64,000 bases of DNA. Source: a virus. The position numbers and the translations under genes are program-made. The notes beneath the pieces were generated by a model, which was given only the letters and a program-made list of their open reading frames with translations, ran no database searches and was not told the origin of the DNA. Shown here piece by piece: positions 14,810 through 24,651 of the stretch. The DNA is taken from positions 29,093-93,092 of IMG/VR virus record IMGVR_UViG_3300043409_000956. The stretch is one strand, 5' to 3'. Position 1 is the first letter of the stretch. Each line of letters opens with the position of its first letter.

Positions 14810-17473
14810 ATGAGTTATGTAGACGCTCTCTTTGATAGAGCAAAAGATAAGATACACATAGTTGAGCGAGTCAACGGAGAACGAGTATATCGTGAATATC
14901 CTGCAGACTATATCTTTTACTATGATGATCCCCGCGGCAAGTTTCGCACCATATACGACACCCCGGTTGGCAGGTTCAGTAGTCGCAACAGCAAAGAATA
15001 TCACAAAGAACTAAAAGCCAACTCAGGTAAGCGACTATGGGAAAGTGACATCAATCCCATCTTCCGATGTCTTGAGACCAATTACCTTGGTGTACCTAGT
15101 CCCAAATTACACACAGCCTTTTTCGATATTGAGGTGGACTTTGATCCCTTGCGAGGCTTTAGTAAACCCGAAGATCCCTTTAATCCTATCACTGCTATTT
15201 CAGTTTACCTAGACTGGATGGATAAACTAGTCACGCTGGTTATTCCTCCCAAAAGTTATTCGTGGGAAACTGCACAGGAAATTTGTAACAGGTATGATAA
15301 CTGTTTCTTGTTTGAACGAGAAGCAGACATGTTGGACACATTTCTTGACTTGATTGATGACGCAGATATTTTAAGTGGATGGAACAGTGAAGGCTTTGAT
15401 ATTCCCTACACTGTCATGCGTATTCAACGTGTACTAAGCAAGGATGATACAAGACGCTTTTGTCTATGGGGACAACTGCCCAAGCAAAGAACTTTTGAAC
15501 GCTTCGGTGCTGAAAATTTGACCTTTGACTTGATTGGTCGTGTGCATATGGACTATATGCAACTGTACCGCAAGTACACCTATGAGGAACGACACAGTTA
15601 TAGTCTAGACGCAATTGGTGAATATGAAGAATGTGGCAGTAAGGTTGCTTACGAAGGCACATTGGATCAACTTTACAATAAAGATTTCCCGACGTTTATT
15701 GAATATAACCGACAAGATACCATGCTAATTGCTAAGTTTGATAAGAAGCTCCGCTTCTTGGATCTAGCAAACGAACTTGCTCATGACAACACGGTGTTGT
15801 TACCAACCACAATGGGTGCGGTTGCAGTAACAGAGCAGGCTATCATTAATGAAGCTCATCAGCGTGGTATGATTGTTCCTAATAGAAAGAGCAAAGATGA
15901 CCCAAGAGAAACGCAAGCCGCAGGTGCCTATGTTGCTTACCCCAAAAGGGGAGTACACGAATACATCGGTGCGATCGACATCAACAGTCTCTACCCCTCG
16001 GCTATTAGAGCCCTTAACATGGGCCCAGAAACAATCGTTGGGCAACTCCGGACCACAATGACCGACCACTACATCAAGGAAAAGATGACAGCAGGTTCGT
16101 CTTTTGCTGATGCGTGGGAAAATATGTTTGGTAGTTTGGAATATCAGGCAGTCATGAACAACGAGCTTGGTACTGAGATTACCATCGACTGGGCCAGTGG
16201 TGAAGAAACTGTACACAGTGCGGCTGAAGTCTGGCGATTAATATTCAACGGTAACCAACCGTGGACACTCAGTGCCAATGGCACTATATTTAGATATGAC
16301 ATGAAGGGTATTATTCCCGGCTTGTTGGAAAGGTGGTATGCAGAACGTAAAGAAATGCAAGCAAAAAAGAAGACCGCAGAAACTGCTGAAGACACGGCGT
16401 TCTGGGATAAACGCCAACTCGTTAAAAAAATTAACCTTAATTCGCTCTATGGGGCTATCCTCAACCCACATTGCAGGTTCTTTGACCAAAGAATTGGCCA
16501 AAGTACGACACTTACTGGTAGGATCATTGCCAAACACATGGACGCCACAGTTAACCAAGCAATTACAGGCGACTACGACCACGTTGGTTCGAGCATTATC
16601 TATGGCGACACGGACTCGGTATACTTTACAGCGTGGCCCGCGGTCAAAGCGGAAGTAGAATCCGGTGCAATGGAATGGAACAAAGACATTGCTGTACAAC
16701 TGTATGATACCATTGCCGATGGTGTAAATGAATCGTTCCCAGGGTTTATGGAACGGGCCTGTCATTGCCCTAGAGAAATGGGTGAGATCATCATGGGTGG
16801 TCGAGAGCTTGTGGCTCGCAAAGGTTTGTTTATTAAGAAGAAGCGTTATGCTGTGTTGATTTACGATATGGAAAATCATCGATTAGATGTAAACGGTAAG
16901 CCAGGCAAAGTAAAAGCCATGGGTCTAGACTTGAAGCGTAGTGATACTCCCAAAATTGTACAAGAGTTCTTGAGTGAAATACTTATGGATGTACTAACCA
17001 CAGACGATGCTAGAGAAGTAGTCATCGACAAAGTACGTGAATTTAAACTTGAATTTCAGAAACGTCCGGCTTGGGAAAAGGGCACTCCCAAGCGTGTGAA
17101 CAACTTGACCAAGTATACCGCAGAAGAAGCCAGACTAGGCAAAGCCAACATGCCGGGACATGTACGAGCCGCAATGAATTGGAACAATCTAAAGCGTATG
17201 CATGGTGACAACTATTCAACCAGTATTGTTGATGGTATGAAGACCATTGTTTGTAAATTACGAGATAATCCCTTGGGATATACCAGTGTTGGTTATCCCA
17301 CAGACGAAACACATATACCACAGTGGTTCAAAGATCTTCCGTTTGATCAAGACAGTATGGAAACAGGCATTGTGGATCAAAAGGTAGAAAACTTGTTGGG
17401 TGTACTAGAATGGCAAATTGCCGACAGTACAGACATCAAGTCAACATTTGACTCATTGTTTACTTGGGAATAA
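14810..17473 (+). CDS. polB: family B DNA polymerase (T4 gp43-like)
   Basis: Exo motifs FDIE, GWNSEGFD, YNRQD; Pol motifs DINSLYPS, KINLNSLYG, YGDTDS, KKRY. Confidence 0.97.
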   Translation: MSYVDALFDRAKDKIHIVERVNGERVYREYPADYIFYYDDPRGKFRTIYDTPVGRFSSRNSKEYHKELKANSGKRLWESDINPIFRCLETNYLGVPSPKLHTAFFDIEVDFDPLRGFSKPEDPFNPITAISVYLDWMDKLVTLVIPPKSYSWETAQEICNRYDNCFLFEREADMLDTFLDLIDDADILSGWNSEGFDIPYTVMRIQRVLSKDDTRRFCLWGQLPKQRTFERFGAENLTFDLIGRVHMDYMQLYRKYTYEERHSYSLDAIGEYEECGSKVAYEGTLDQLYNKDFPTFIEYNRQDTMLIAKFDKKLRFLDLANELAHDNTVLLPTTMGAVAVTEQAIINEAHQRGMIVPNRKSKDDPRETQAAGAYVAYPKRGVHEYIGAIDINSLYPSAIRALNMGPETIVGQLRTTMTDHYIKEKMTAGSSFADAWENMFGSLEYQAVMNNELGTEITIDWASGEETVHSAAEVWRLIFNGNQPWTLSANGTIFRYDMKGIIPGLLERWYAERKEMQAKKKTAETAEDTAFWDKRQLVKKINLNSLYGAILNPHCRFFDQRIGQSTTLTGRIIAKHMDATVNQAITGDYDHVGSSIIYGDTDSVYFTAWPAVKAEVESGAMEWNKDIAVQLYDTIADGVNESFPGFMERACHCPREMGEIIMGGRELVARKGLFIKKKRYAVLIYDMENHRLDVNGKPGKVKAMGLDLKRSDTPKIVQEFLSEILMDVLTTDDAREVVIDKVREFKLEFQKRPAWEKGTPKRVNNLTKYTAEEARLGKANMPGHVRAAMNWNNLKRMHGDNYSTSIVDGMKTIVCKLRDNPLGYTSVGYPTDETHIPQWFKDLPFDQDSMETGIVDQKVENLLGVLEWQIADSTDIKSTFDSLFTWE

Positions 17474-17475
17474 TT

Positions 17476-18408
17476 ATGAAACTAAGTGAACTTGTTGACC
17501 TAAGAGAAAGACTTAAAAAAGCATTTTATCTTGATCCGGTGTTGGCCAGTATTGATAACTTGCGATTAAATCTTAGCCTGGTAAATCAAAACGTAGATGA
17601 GAATTACAGCGAGCAACTAGATCTACTGATCAAAGATTATAGAGACATTCGCACAGAAGTACACAAGCCCAGCGAGCGTGTGCAGGAAATCATTGATGCA
17701 ATCAACAAAGAAATATCATCTAAGAGCAGTCATTTCTTTTTGAACAATTACGAAGATGAATTAAATTACGAAGATCCCAATAACATCCGTCGAGTTCGTG
17801 TGATGTACATTCCAGTGCAAGTACAACAAGAAATTGAATCTCGTATTGGGTTATATTCAAATTGGAAGTACCCCGGATTGGAACTGGGATGTAGGGATGG
17901 TGAATGGACAAAATTCCTAGTGGCCAGTGACCCGTTGTACATTGCTGATGCACATCAGGATTTTTTAGATAGTGCAATCAAAGAATATGCTCCGGAATTT
18001 CAACGTCGGGTCCGTCCTTACTTGATTCGAAACAACGAGTACGGTGTTCTGCCACAAAGTCAATTTAGCTTTGTTTTTAGTTGGAATCATTTCAATTACA
18101 AAACATTAGAGACCACCAAACAGACGCTAAAGCAAGTGTATAACTTACTTCGTCCCGGTGGTGTGTGTATGTTTAGTTATAACAATGGCGATATACCAGC
18201 TGGTGCGGCTTATGCAGAAACCTACTTCATGAGTTACATGCCAAAGAGTTTGTTGCTACCCATGTGCCAAAGTCTAGGATACGAAGTTGTTTATCAACAA
18301 GATCATGAGCCAGCGGTGAGTTGGCTAGAACTACGCAGGCCTGGTGAGCTGAGTACAATAAAAGGACATCAGGCTCTGGGCATAATCAAAGAAAAAACTG
18401 TCGAATAA
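17476..18408 (+). CDS. class I SAM-dependent methyltransferase-like protein with N-terminal coiled coil
   Basis: GLELGCRDGEW (motif I), LLRPGGVCMF. Confidence 0.75.
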   Translation: MKLSELVDLRERLKKAFYLDPVLASIDNLRLNLSLVNQNVDENYSEQLDLLIKDYRDIRTEVHKPSERVQEIIDAINKEISSKSSHFFLNNYEDELNYEDPNNIRRVRVMYIPVQVQQEIESRIGLYSNWKYPGLELGCRDGEWTKFLVASDPLYIADAHQDFLDSAIKEYAPEFQRRVRPYLIRNNEYGVLPQSQFSFVFSWNHFNYKTLETTKQTLKQVYNLLRPGGVCMFSYNNGDIPAGAAYAETYFMSYMPKSLLLPMCQSLGYEVVYQQDHEPAVSWLELRRPGELSTIKGHQALGIIKEKTVE

Positions 18409-18409
18409 G

Positions 18410-18439
18410 TTGACAGGTCTAAATACAATCATCTATAAT
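18410..18439 (+). promoter_or_regulatory. sigma70 promoter with nested TAAATA late-type motif
   Basis: TTGACA-18bp-TATAAT; CTAAATA inside the spacer. Confidence 0.6.
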
Positions 18440-18461
18440 ACACATTAACAGGAGAAACTCA

Positions 18462-19193
18462 ATGCAAGACTATTTGAAAGACATTGTACAGCACACACAC
18501 GGACTAGGCACCATTGACTTGGTCAAGGTCACAGGCACAGATACCGAAACTCGGGTTATTGCTCTAGCCGAAGACAAAACAGCAGTGGTAGACGCAGTAT
18601 TTAAAAGCGCACACCCAGACTTCATTGGCACATTTGGTATGCCAAACTTGGCCAAGTTGAACACCATATTGGGTATTCCGGAATACAAGGAAGATGCCAA
18701 ACTGTCAATTACCAAGCAAGATCGCAATGGCGAGTCAGTTCCAGTTGGTATCCACTTTGAAAACAAAGCCGGCGACTTTAAAAACGATTATCGTTTCATG
18801 ACTGCCGAAATCATCAACGACAAGTTGAAGAATCAAAAGATGCGGCCAGTTAAATGGAATGTGGACTTTGCACCCACTGTACAAAACATTCAGCGCCTGC
18901 GTTTTCAAGCCAGTGCCAACAGTGACGAAACCACCTTTACTGCTCGAACAGAAAACGGCGACTTGAAGTTCTTCTTTGGTGACCATGCCAGCCACGCAGG
19001 TAACTTTGTATTCCAAGCCGGAGTCACAGGCACACTGAGCAAGGCATGGTCATGGCCAGTTGCGGCTGTGATGGCTATCTTGGCCCTGCCCGGAGACAAG
19101 GCATTCAGAATCAGTGATGAAGGTGCCGCACAGATCACAGTGGACTCGGGCGTTGCTGTTTGGAACTACACACTACCAGCACAGACCAAGTAA
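18462..19193 (+). CDS. DNA polymerase sliding clamp (gp45-like)
   Basis: 243 aa, alternating beta/alpha clamp-like pattern, next to polymerase; AGGAG RBS. Confidence 0.7.
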   Translation: MQDYLKDIVQHTHGLGTIDLVKVTGTDTETRVIALAEDKTAVVDAVFKSAHPDFIGTFGMPNLAKLNTILGIPEYKEDAKLSITKQDRNGESVPVGIHFENKAGDFKNDYRFMTAEIINDKLKNQKMRPVKWNVDFAPTVQNIQRLRFQASANSDETTFTARTENGDLKFFFGDHASHAGNFVFQAGVTGTLSKAWSWPVAAVMAILALPGDKAFRISDEGAAQITVDSGVAVWNYTLPAQTK

Positions 19194-19837
19194 TGTCATT
19201 TTCCTTCCACCAATACTGGGAACCAAAAGGTCATGTGTTTGGTACTTGCATGAGCAAGCCGGATCTTGACCTTATGTATGTCAACATACCCAAGAATGCC
19301 AGTTCGTGGACCAAACCCAACTTGTTGGATCAACACTGGGAATTTTATAACTACCACCTTGATCATATCAGACATAAACATGCCATGGTTGTGTTACGAG
19401 ATCCTGTGGAGCGTTGGCTCAGTGGTATATGCGAATACTTTACATTGTACCATCGAGATATAGACACTACTGAATTTAATTCTGCATTTTACGATCTGCT
19501 GATGGAACAAATTACATTTGACGATCATACAGAAAAACAAGCGTACTTTATCAATGGTCTAAATCCCAATAGGATAACTTTCTTTTGGTGTGATGCAGAT
19601 TATCGCTTGTACTTTAGTCAGTTCTTGCGTAACCAAGGCATTCCCGAAGCCGCTAGATATGCAAATTATGACTTTCAACATACCACAGAAGATCGCCAGG
19701 ATGGCGATACTCGCAGACTTAAATTTAAAAATATATTCAAGCACCTACTAGACAATCCTGTGTATCTTGAACGAATCAAACAGCATTATGCTCCAGACTA
19801 CGAATTAATAAATAAAGTGAAATTTTGGCGTGGATGA
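19193..19837 (+). CDS. sulfotransferase family protein
   Basis: 5'-PSB IPKNASSW and 3'-PB LRDPVERWLSG; C-terminal Y..DY. Confidence 0.8.
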   Translation: MSFSFHQYWEPKGHVFGTCMSKPDLDLMYVNIPKNASSWTKPNLLDQHWEFYNYHLDHIRHKHAMVVLRDPVERWLSGICEYFTLYHRDIDTTEFNSAFYDLLMEQITFDDHTEKQAYFINGLNPNRITFFWCDADYRLYFSQFLRNQGIPEAARYANYDFQHTTEDRQDGDTRRLKFKNIFKHLLDNPVYLERIKQHYAPDYELINKVKFWRG

Positions 19838-21371
19838 TTTAACCAGTAAACAAAAAGACTATGCAGTATTCCTGCCTGCTATCAGTGGCTTCTATGCTAC
19901 CTTTGTGGGCAAGCAAAGAGATACTGCCAGTGTGCCGTATGTAGACCCTGCACGTTTTCCGCAGGGCTTAACTGATATGGAGCAACTCAACTGGTTAAAC
20001 AGCCAGAAAGCGTTGTTCCCATATAAATGGTCGCTTTACTCCGGCGGCCATGCTAACCTCGATCTAAACAAACAAGATTGGAGCGAGGACATGGTTCGAA
20101 ATCGTGATCCCAACACACTGGTCTTAGGCGACTCTGGCGGATTCCAGATTGCTAAAGGACTATGGGAAGGCGATTGGAAAGCCAACTCAGGATGCCTGAA
20201 GGCCCAGAAAAAACGTGAACAAGTTTTGGCTTGGCTGGACGGCATTGCTGATTATGGAATGATTTTAGATATACCAACCTGGGTTGTAAATGATCCACAC
20301 GCCAGTTCAAAGTGTCAAATCACCACACATCAACAGGCAGTTGATGCCACCAAGTTCAACAACGAATACTTTATGCGTAATCGCAAAGGCAAGAACAATG
20401 GTGGTGCCAAGTTCTTAAATGTGTTACAGGGTGCCACACACACAGAAGCAGAAGATTGGTATCAAACCATGAAACATTACTGTGACCCTGCTGTGTATCC
20501 AGACACACACTTTGACGGTTGGAGCATGGGTGGTCAAAACATGTGTGATGTACACTTGGTATTAAAACGCCTGGTGGCCTTGCGCTATGATAACTTGTTA
20601 CAAGAAGGAGTTCATGATTGGATGCACTTCTTGGGTACTAGTAAACTAGAGTGGGCTGTTTTATTAACTGTAATTCAACGTGCCATTAGAAAATATGTTA
20701 ACCCCTCCTTTACCATCAGTTTTGATTGTGCCAGTCCGTTCCTTGCAACAGCCAATGGTCAGGTCTACTTTGAAAATGTGTTTGAACACGATAGCAAATG
20801 GAGTTACCGGATGGCTCCCAGTGCAGACGATAAAAAATACGCCACAGACACCCGTAAATGGAGTACCGGAGTAGTTGCTGATGGAATCTATCCACGATGG
20901 GAAGATAGCCCATTGAGCGACTTGTTTAAGATGAAAGATATTTGCATCTACAAACCCGGCGACCTAAATAAGAATGGCAAAGAAGGCAAAACATCGTGGG
21001 ATAGTTTTAGTTACGCATTGCTAATGGGCCATAATGTTTGGATGCACTTGACTGCGGTTCAAGAAGCCAACAGACGTTTTGATGCTGGCGAACATCCTGC
21101 TATGATGCAACGTTCGGGCGGAGACTATGCCAGATTTGAAGACATCGTAGAAGCAATCTTTGCGGCTCCCACCAAACAAGATGCATTGGACATTATTGAG
21201 CTGTATGATACATATTGGATGGAAATTATTGGAACTCGTGGTGCCAAAGGTAAGAAAGCTAAAAACTCAAACACCATGTTTAAATCCTTATTTGAAGTTG
21301 ACGAGCCTGAAAGCAATGACGACTCGGTTGAATTAGATCAAACAGCATTGGACAACTTGGAAGGATCATGA
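19830..21371 (+). CDS. dpdA: tRNA-guanine transglycosylase-like DNA 7-deazaguanine insertase (DpdA family)
   Basis: LGDSGGFQI, ILDIP, NVLQG, HFLG, SFDCASP TGT-fold motifs; co-occurs with folE/queD/queE. Confidence 0.8.
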   Translation: MDDLTSKQKDYAVFLPAISGFYATFVGKQRDTASVPYVDPARFPQGLTDMEQLNWLNSQKALFPYKWSLYSGGHANLDLNKQDWSEDMVRNRDPNTLVLGDSGGFQIAKGLWEGDWKANSGCLKAQKKREQVLAWLDGIADYGMILDIPTWVVNDPHASSKCQITTHQQAVDATKFNNEYFMRNRKGKNNGGAKFLNVLQGATHTEAEDWYQTMKHYCDPAVYPDTHFDGWSMGGQNMCDVHLVLKRLVALRYDNLLQEGVHDWMHFLGTSKLEWAVLLTVIQRAIRKYVNPSFTISFDCASPFLATANGQVYFENVFEHDSKWSYRMAPSADDKKYATDTRKWSTGVVADGIYPRWEDSPLSDLFKMKDICIYKPGDLNKNGKEGKTSWDSFSYALLMGHNVWMHLTAVQEANRRFDAGEHPAMMQRSGGDYARFEDIVEAIFAAPTKQDALDIIELYDTYWMEIIGTRGAKGKKAKNSNTMFKSLFEVDEPESNDDSVELDQTALDNLEGS

Positions 21372-21556
21372 TGATTAAAAATCGAATTGCACATTTAGAA
21401 CAACAACACCATGCACTAGACAAGCAAGTTGATCAAATGGAACGCACTGGAAACTTTTCGGACAAACAGATTGCCGAATTAAAGAAAAAGAGGTTGCACT
21501 TTAAAGATGAAATTGCTAAACTAAAGCAACAACTCCGGGATGAATTGAATGATTAG
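21368..21556 (+). CDS. DUF465/YdcH-like coiled-coil protein
   Basis: HHALDKQV...LKKKRLHFKDEI pattern. Confidence 0.75.
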   Translation: MMIKNRIAHLEQQHHALDKQVDQMERTGNFSDKQIAELKKKRLHFKDEIAKLKQQLRDELND

Positions 21557-22085
21557 AGAAGGGCATGAAGAAACGAAATTCTTCGTAGGCACAGAAGTAG
21601 AACATACTCCTGCGTTTGGTAAGACAACTTTGTTTGTTGTTGGCATCCAGGATGCGAAAGATATACAGTCAATAATTGACGAGCGATCCTGTTTGCTTGA
21701 CGAATCAAAACACATCAAGCATATCTATTTTGGTGCTAATCACAGTTTCCCCAACCTGGCAGTTAACGATGGTGCTGACTGGGCCAAGTGGGAAAAGATG
21801 ATTTACAACTTCCTGGACCGAGATTACTTATGCACATTGGATATTGATGTGGCCTGTGTCGAAGGATTACTAGAAGCCGGCTTTGTTGAATACCATAACT
21901 TTATCCCTATGATTTCAGTTAAATTGCCCTATGTATTACAACTGGGGTATAATGCTGTCGTTAAACTTGATGACAAAGACTTCAATGCCACAACACCCGG
22001 AGTTTGGTGCCATCAATTACACAACCTATTAGACCGTAAGGTATTCACTGAGTGGTCTAAATATACCAAAGACGAAACATTATGA
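21549..22085 (+). CDS. hypothetical protein between dpdA and dpdL-like gene
   Basis: Coupled ORF; GTEVEHTP, HIYFGANHSF, GVWCH. Confidence 0.75.
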   Translation: MIREGHEETKFFVGTEVEHTPAFGKTTLFVVGIQDAKDIQSIIDERSCLLDESKHIKHIYFGANHSFPNLAVNDGADWAKWEKMIYNFLDRDYLCTLDIDVACVEGLLEAGFVEYHNFIPMISVKLPYVLQLGYNAVVKLDDKDFNATTPGVWCHQLHNLLDRKVFTEWSKYTKDETL

Positions 22086-22522
22086 CACAAGAAGAACGCG
22101 AACAAGTTGAACGAATTAAACAACGTGCAGATCGTAAGATCTGGGTCACATTCCGTAAAGAAGGTATACATTGCTATCCTGCGGCGGCCACTGATCCTGC
22201 ACTGGCCACAGGCGATGAATATGATGTGAGTTTCTTGGGATCTCCACATCGTCACATATTCCACTTTAGAGTGTGGATTGATGTGTTGCACAACGATCGT
22301 GACATTGAGTTTATTCAATTCAAACGTTGGTTAGAAAATTTGTACAAAGACGGCATCTTGCAACTGGACTACAAGAGTTGTGAAATGATGTCAGATGATT
22401 TGTATTTGCAAATTGCCAATCGTTATCCCAACCGTGCTATCTGGATTGAAGTTTCTGAAGATGGTGAGAATGGCGCACTAATTAAGTATGAGACCTTTCG
22501 GCCACAACTTATTAGTGTGTGA
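22082..22522 (+). CDS. dpdL: QueD-paralog T-fold protein (DpdL-like)
   Basis: LGSPHRHIF matches the LxxxHRHxF signature I recall for DpdL; SCEM and IEVSEDGENG T-fold ends. Confidence 0.65.
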   Translation: MTQEEREQVERIKQRADRKIWVTFRKEGIHCYPAAATDPALATGDEYDVSFLGSPHRHIFHFRVWIDVLHNDRDIEFIQFKRWLENLYKDGILQLDYKSCEMMSDDLYLQIANRYPNRAIWIEVSEDGENGALIKYETFRPQLISV

Positions 22523-23331
22523 TGTTAACGTTTGATGTAAGTTCCCCCAATCTTGTGTTGGTGCAGTATCCGGGTGGCGGATATGGGAATTTACTACATC
22601 ATTTGTTGACTGAATTTCTCGAAGATACAGTAAAAGTAAATAACGACCAGTTTGCTGTCAGTGGTACTGGTAATAGCCACAACACCGTTAAGTACACCGC
22701 CAAACACGAAACTCCGTTTGATCGAGAATACGTACCCGAAGTGTTTTTTCAATCAGCGCATGATCAAATAGCACAAGGTCGAAAGTTTTTAGTTTTATGT
22801 GACCCAACTCCGGTTGCAGATAATCGTAAACAATTATTAGCACAGTTTCCGAATGCCCACATGGTTCGGGTATATACTGATACCTTTATCGACAGGTTAG
22901 TGATGTTAACTAATCTAATGACCAAGTCCTACACCGATAATACCAAACAAGAATTATACAAAAATTCCCTACTAGGACACGATACTGTTGCTGGACTAAC
23001 TGACGAACAAATTGTTGATATGTTGGTGTTGACCTTTAGACAAAAGTTCAATGCATATGGTATGATGTTTAATAAGCCATTGAGTAATGATCGCATATAT
23101 AACTTTAACTTTAGATCCTTTACTAATTTTGATTCATTACTAAAAGAGTTACAGGGTGTTGCAACTTTTCTAAATACATCTATAACAGATGTAGAACAGT
23201 TGAGGTGTTTCTTTAGTGAATGGAAAATGACCCAGTCATCACATCAATACTATGACTATACCGCAGATACTGTAACCAACTCAAACGATTTAACGGGCAA
23301 GGCATTGGTTAAATTTTATGCGACACTTTAA
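22519..23331 (+). CDS. hypothetical protein (possible degenerate P-loop/sulfotransferase-like fold)
   Basis: VQYPGGGYGNLL N-terminal motif. Confidence 0.6.
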   Translation: MMLTFDVSSPNLVLVQYPGGGYGNLLHHLLTEFLEDTVKVNNDQFAVSGTGNSHNTVKYTAKHETPFDREYVPEVFFQSAHDQIAQGRKFLVLCDPTPVADNRKQLLAQFPNAHMVRVYTDTFIDRLVMLTNLMTKSYTDNTKQELYKNSLLGHDTVAGLTDEQIVDMLVLTFRQKFNAYGMMFNKPLSNDRIYNFNFRSFTNFDSLLKELQGVATFLNTSITDVEQLRCFFSEWKMTQSSHQYYDYTADTVTNSNDLTGKALVKFYATL

Positions 23332-23824
23332 TACATATACTCAACTACAATGTAAATGCAATCCCAGCATGGCTCCCACTTTGCAGGACCAAGAGTTTAC
23401 GGACTGGTTGTCCACAGTACCACACAATAACTTGTTAGACCTAACAGACAAACACGAACAAGATAAATCAGACTACTATTCTTTTAAAAAACACCAGCAA
23501 GGGCAAGCGCCCTGGGACGTTGTCACTTATACCAATACCACTCGGGTTGTAGACTTGACACAATTACTCGGCAGAATAGATCAATTGGCAAACCAGATTA
23601 ACAGCAATGGGTATTTTTATCTTGCACTAAACAAATGGACAACAACAGTATCTAATCCGGATTCAGACTTTGCAAAATTAAGTTACGACCAGGCCATCGA
23701 GCAGTATGTGGCAAAATACATTAAAAATTATTCCTGTGTAGATTACAAATACATAGACAATGATCGTGGTGGACTTGGTAACTTTGTACACGGAAACAAT
23801 AGATGTTGGCTACAGAAGCTATGA
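23318..23824 (+). CDS. hypothetical protein
   Basis: Coupled ORF; ends GNFVHGNNRCWL. Confidence 0.6.
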   Translation: MRHFNTYTQLQCKCNPSMAPTLQDQEFTDWLSTVPHNNLLDLTDKHEQDKSDYYSFKKHQQGQAPWDVVTYTNTTRVVDLTQLLGRIDQLANQINSNGYFYLALNKWTTTVSNPDSDFAKLSYDQAIEQYVAKYIKNYSCVDYKYIDNDRGGLGNFVHGNNRCWLQKL

Positions 23825-24384
23825 GTATCTATAATATAATGACCAAAAAGAACATGCGGTCGTTGATGATACATTTCAACCAACTGTACCAACATTATCG
23901 ATCAACACCCGATGTGTTAGTACCAACTGACAAAATAACTGTTAAATTGTTAAAGCCTGGAAGTACGTTAGTATGGAACTCATATGGTTATCGTTTTGTC
24001 AATCACATACAGGATCTGCACATATATGATGATTTTCAAAAGTCTAACATAAGTTTAGACAGGACATTTGATAACATTGTGATTGTTAATCCAATGGTAC
24101 TACGTTATACAACAACCACAGAGTTATCAGAAAGATTACTTCCGTTAATTACCAAAATCAATGAAGGTGGTAGACTTCAATTGAGCTTTAATAGTCAATT
24201 TCTACTTTGGAATCGTGTTAGTTCACCAATTGGTCCTGAAATAGAACTTTTGGTTAACAAACTAGAGCAACAAGGCTTGCAATTAATCTTTAAAGATGTT
24301 AAACTACTACAAACAACAATTACAGGAGACTGTAAGTTTTTGTTTGACAAATCTAAACAACTTGACATACATAAGGAACTATAA
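23821..24384 (+). CDS. hypothetical protein (possible degenerate methyltransferase fold)
   Basis: FDNIVIVN...INEGGRL pattern; ATG 23821. Confidence 0.55.
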   Translation: MSIYNIMTKKNMRSLMIHFNQLYQHYRSTPDVLVPTDKITVKLLKPGSTLVWNSYGYRFVNHIQDLHIYDDFQKSNISLDRTFDNIVIVNPMVLRYTTTTELSERLLPLITKINEGGRLQLSFNSQFLLWNRVSSPIGPEIELLVNKLEQQGLQLIFKDVKLLQTTITGDCKFLFDKSKQLDIHKEL

Positions 24385-24651
24385 ATGTCGCAAGATTGGC
24401 TTAAAAAATATCTTCGTATGAAACCCGAAGTTGACTTTCTCTTTAACGAGCTCGACGAGTATCTAGAGTTCTGTAAAAAGCAGGGTTATGTATACGATGA
24501 ATGTCATCTAGGTAACGAAAAGACTCCGTGGGGTGAATGGCAACGAGTCAAGGCAGGAAAGATTCCTAAAAACAATTGGAGTCCTTATCCCAAAGAACCA
24601 CGTCGAGAGTGGAAACCACGTGATACCAATTCCAATTGGAAGTATCGTTAA
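24385..24651 (+). CDS. hypothetical protein
   Basis: AAGGA RBS; LDEYLEFCKKQGYVYDE. Confidence 0.75.
   Translation: MSQDWLKKYLRMKPEVDFLFNELDEYLEFCKKQGYVYDECHLGNEKTPWGEWQRVKAGKIPKNNWSPYPKEPRREWKPRDTNSNWKYR

Noticed and set aside
16238-16879. 213-aa minus-strand ORF and possible intein/intron in the polymerase
   Set aside because: Antisense to a conserved polymerase; the 887-aa protein has contiguous motifs with no insertion
19830-21371. Canonical tRNA Tgt
   Set aside because: Lacks the bacterial Tgt C-terminal CxCxxC Zn motif, is much longer, and lies in a replication cluster; DNA-acting DpdA is more likely but unproven
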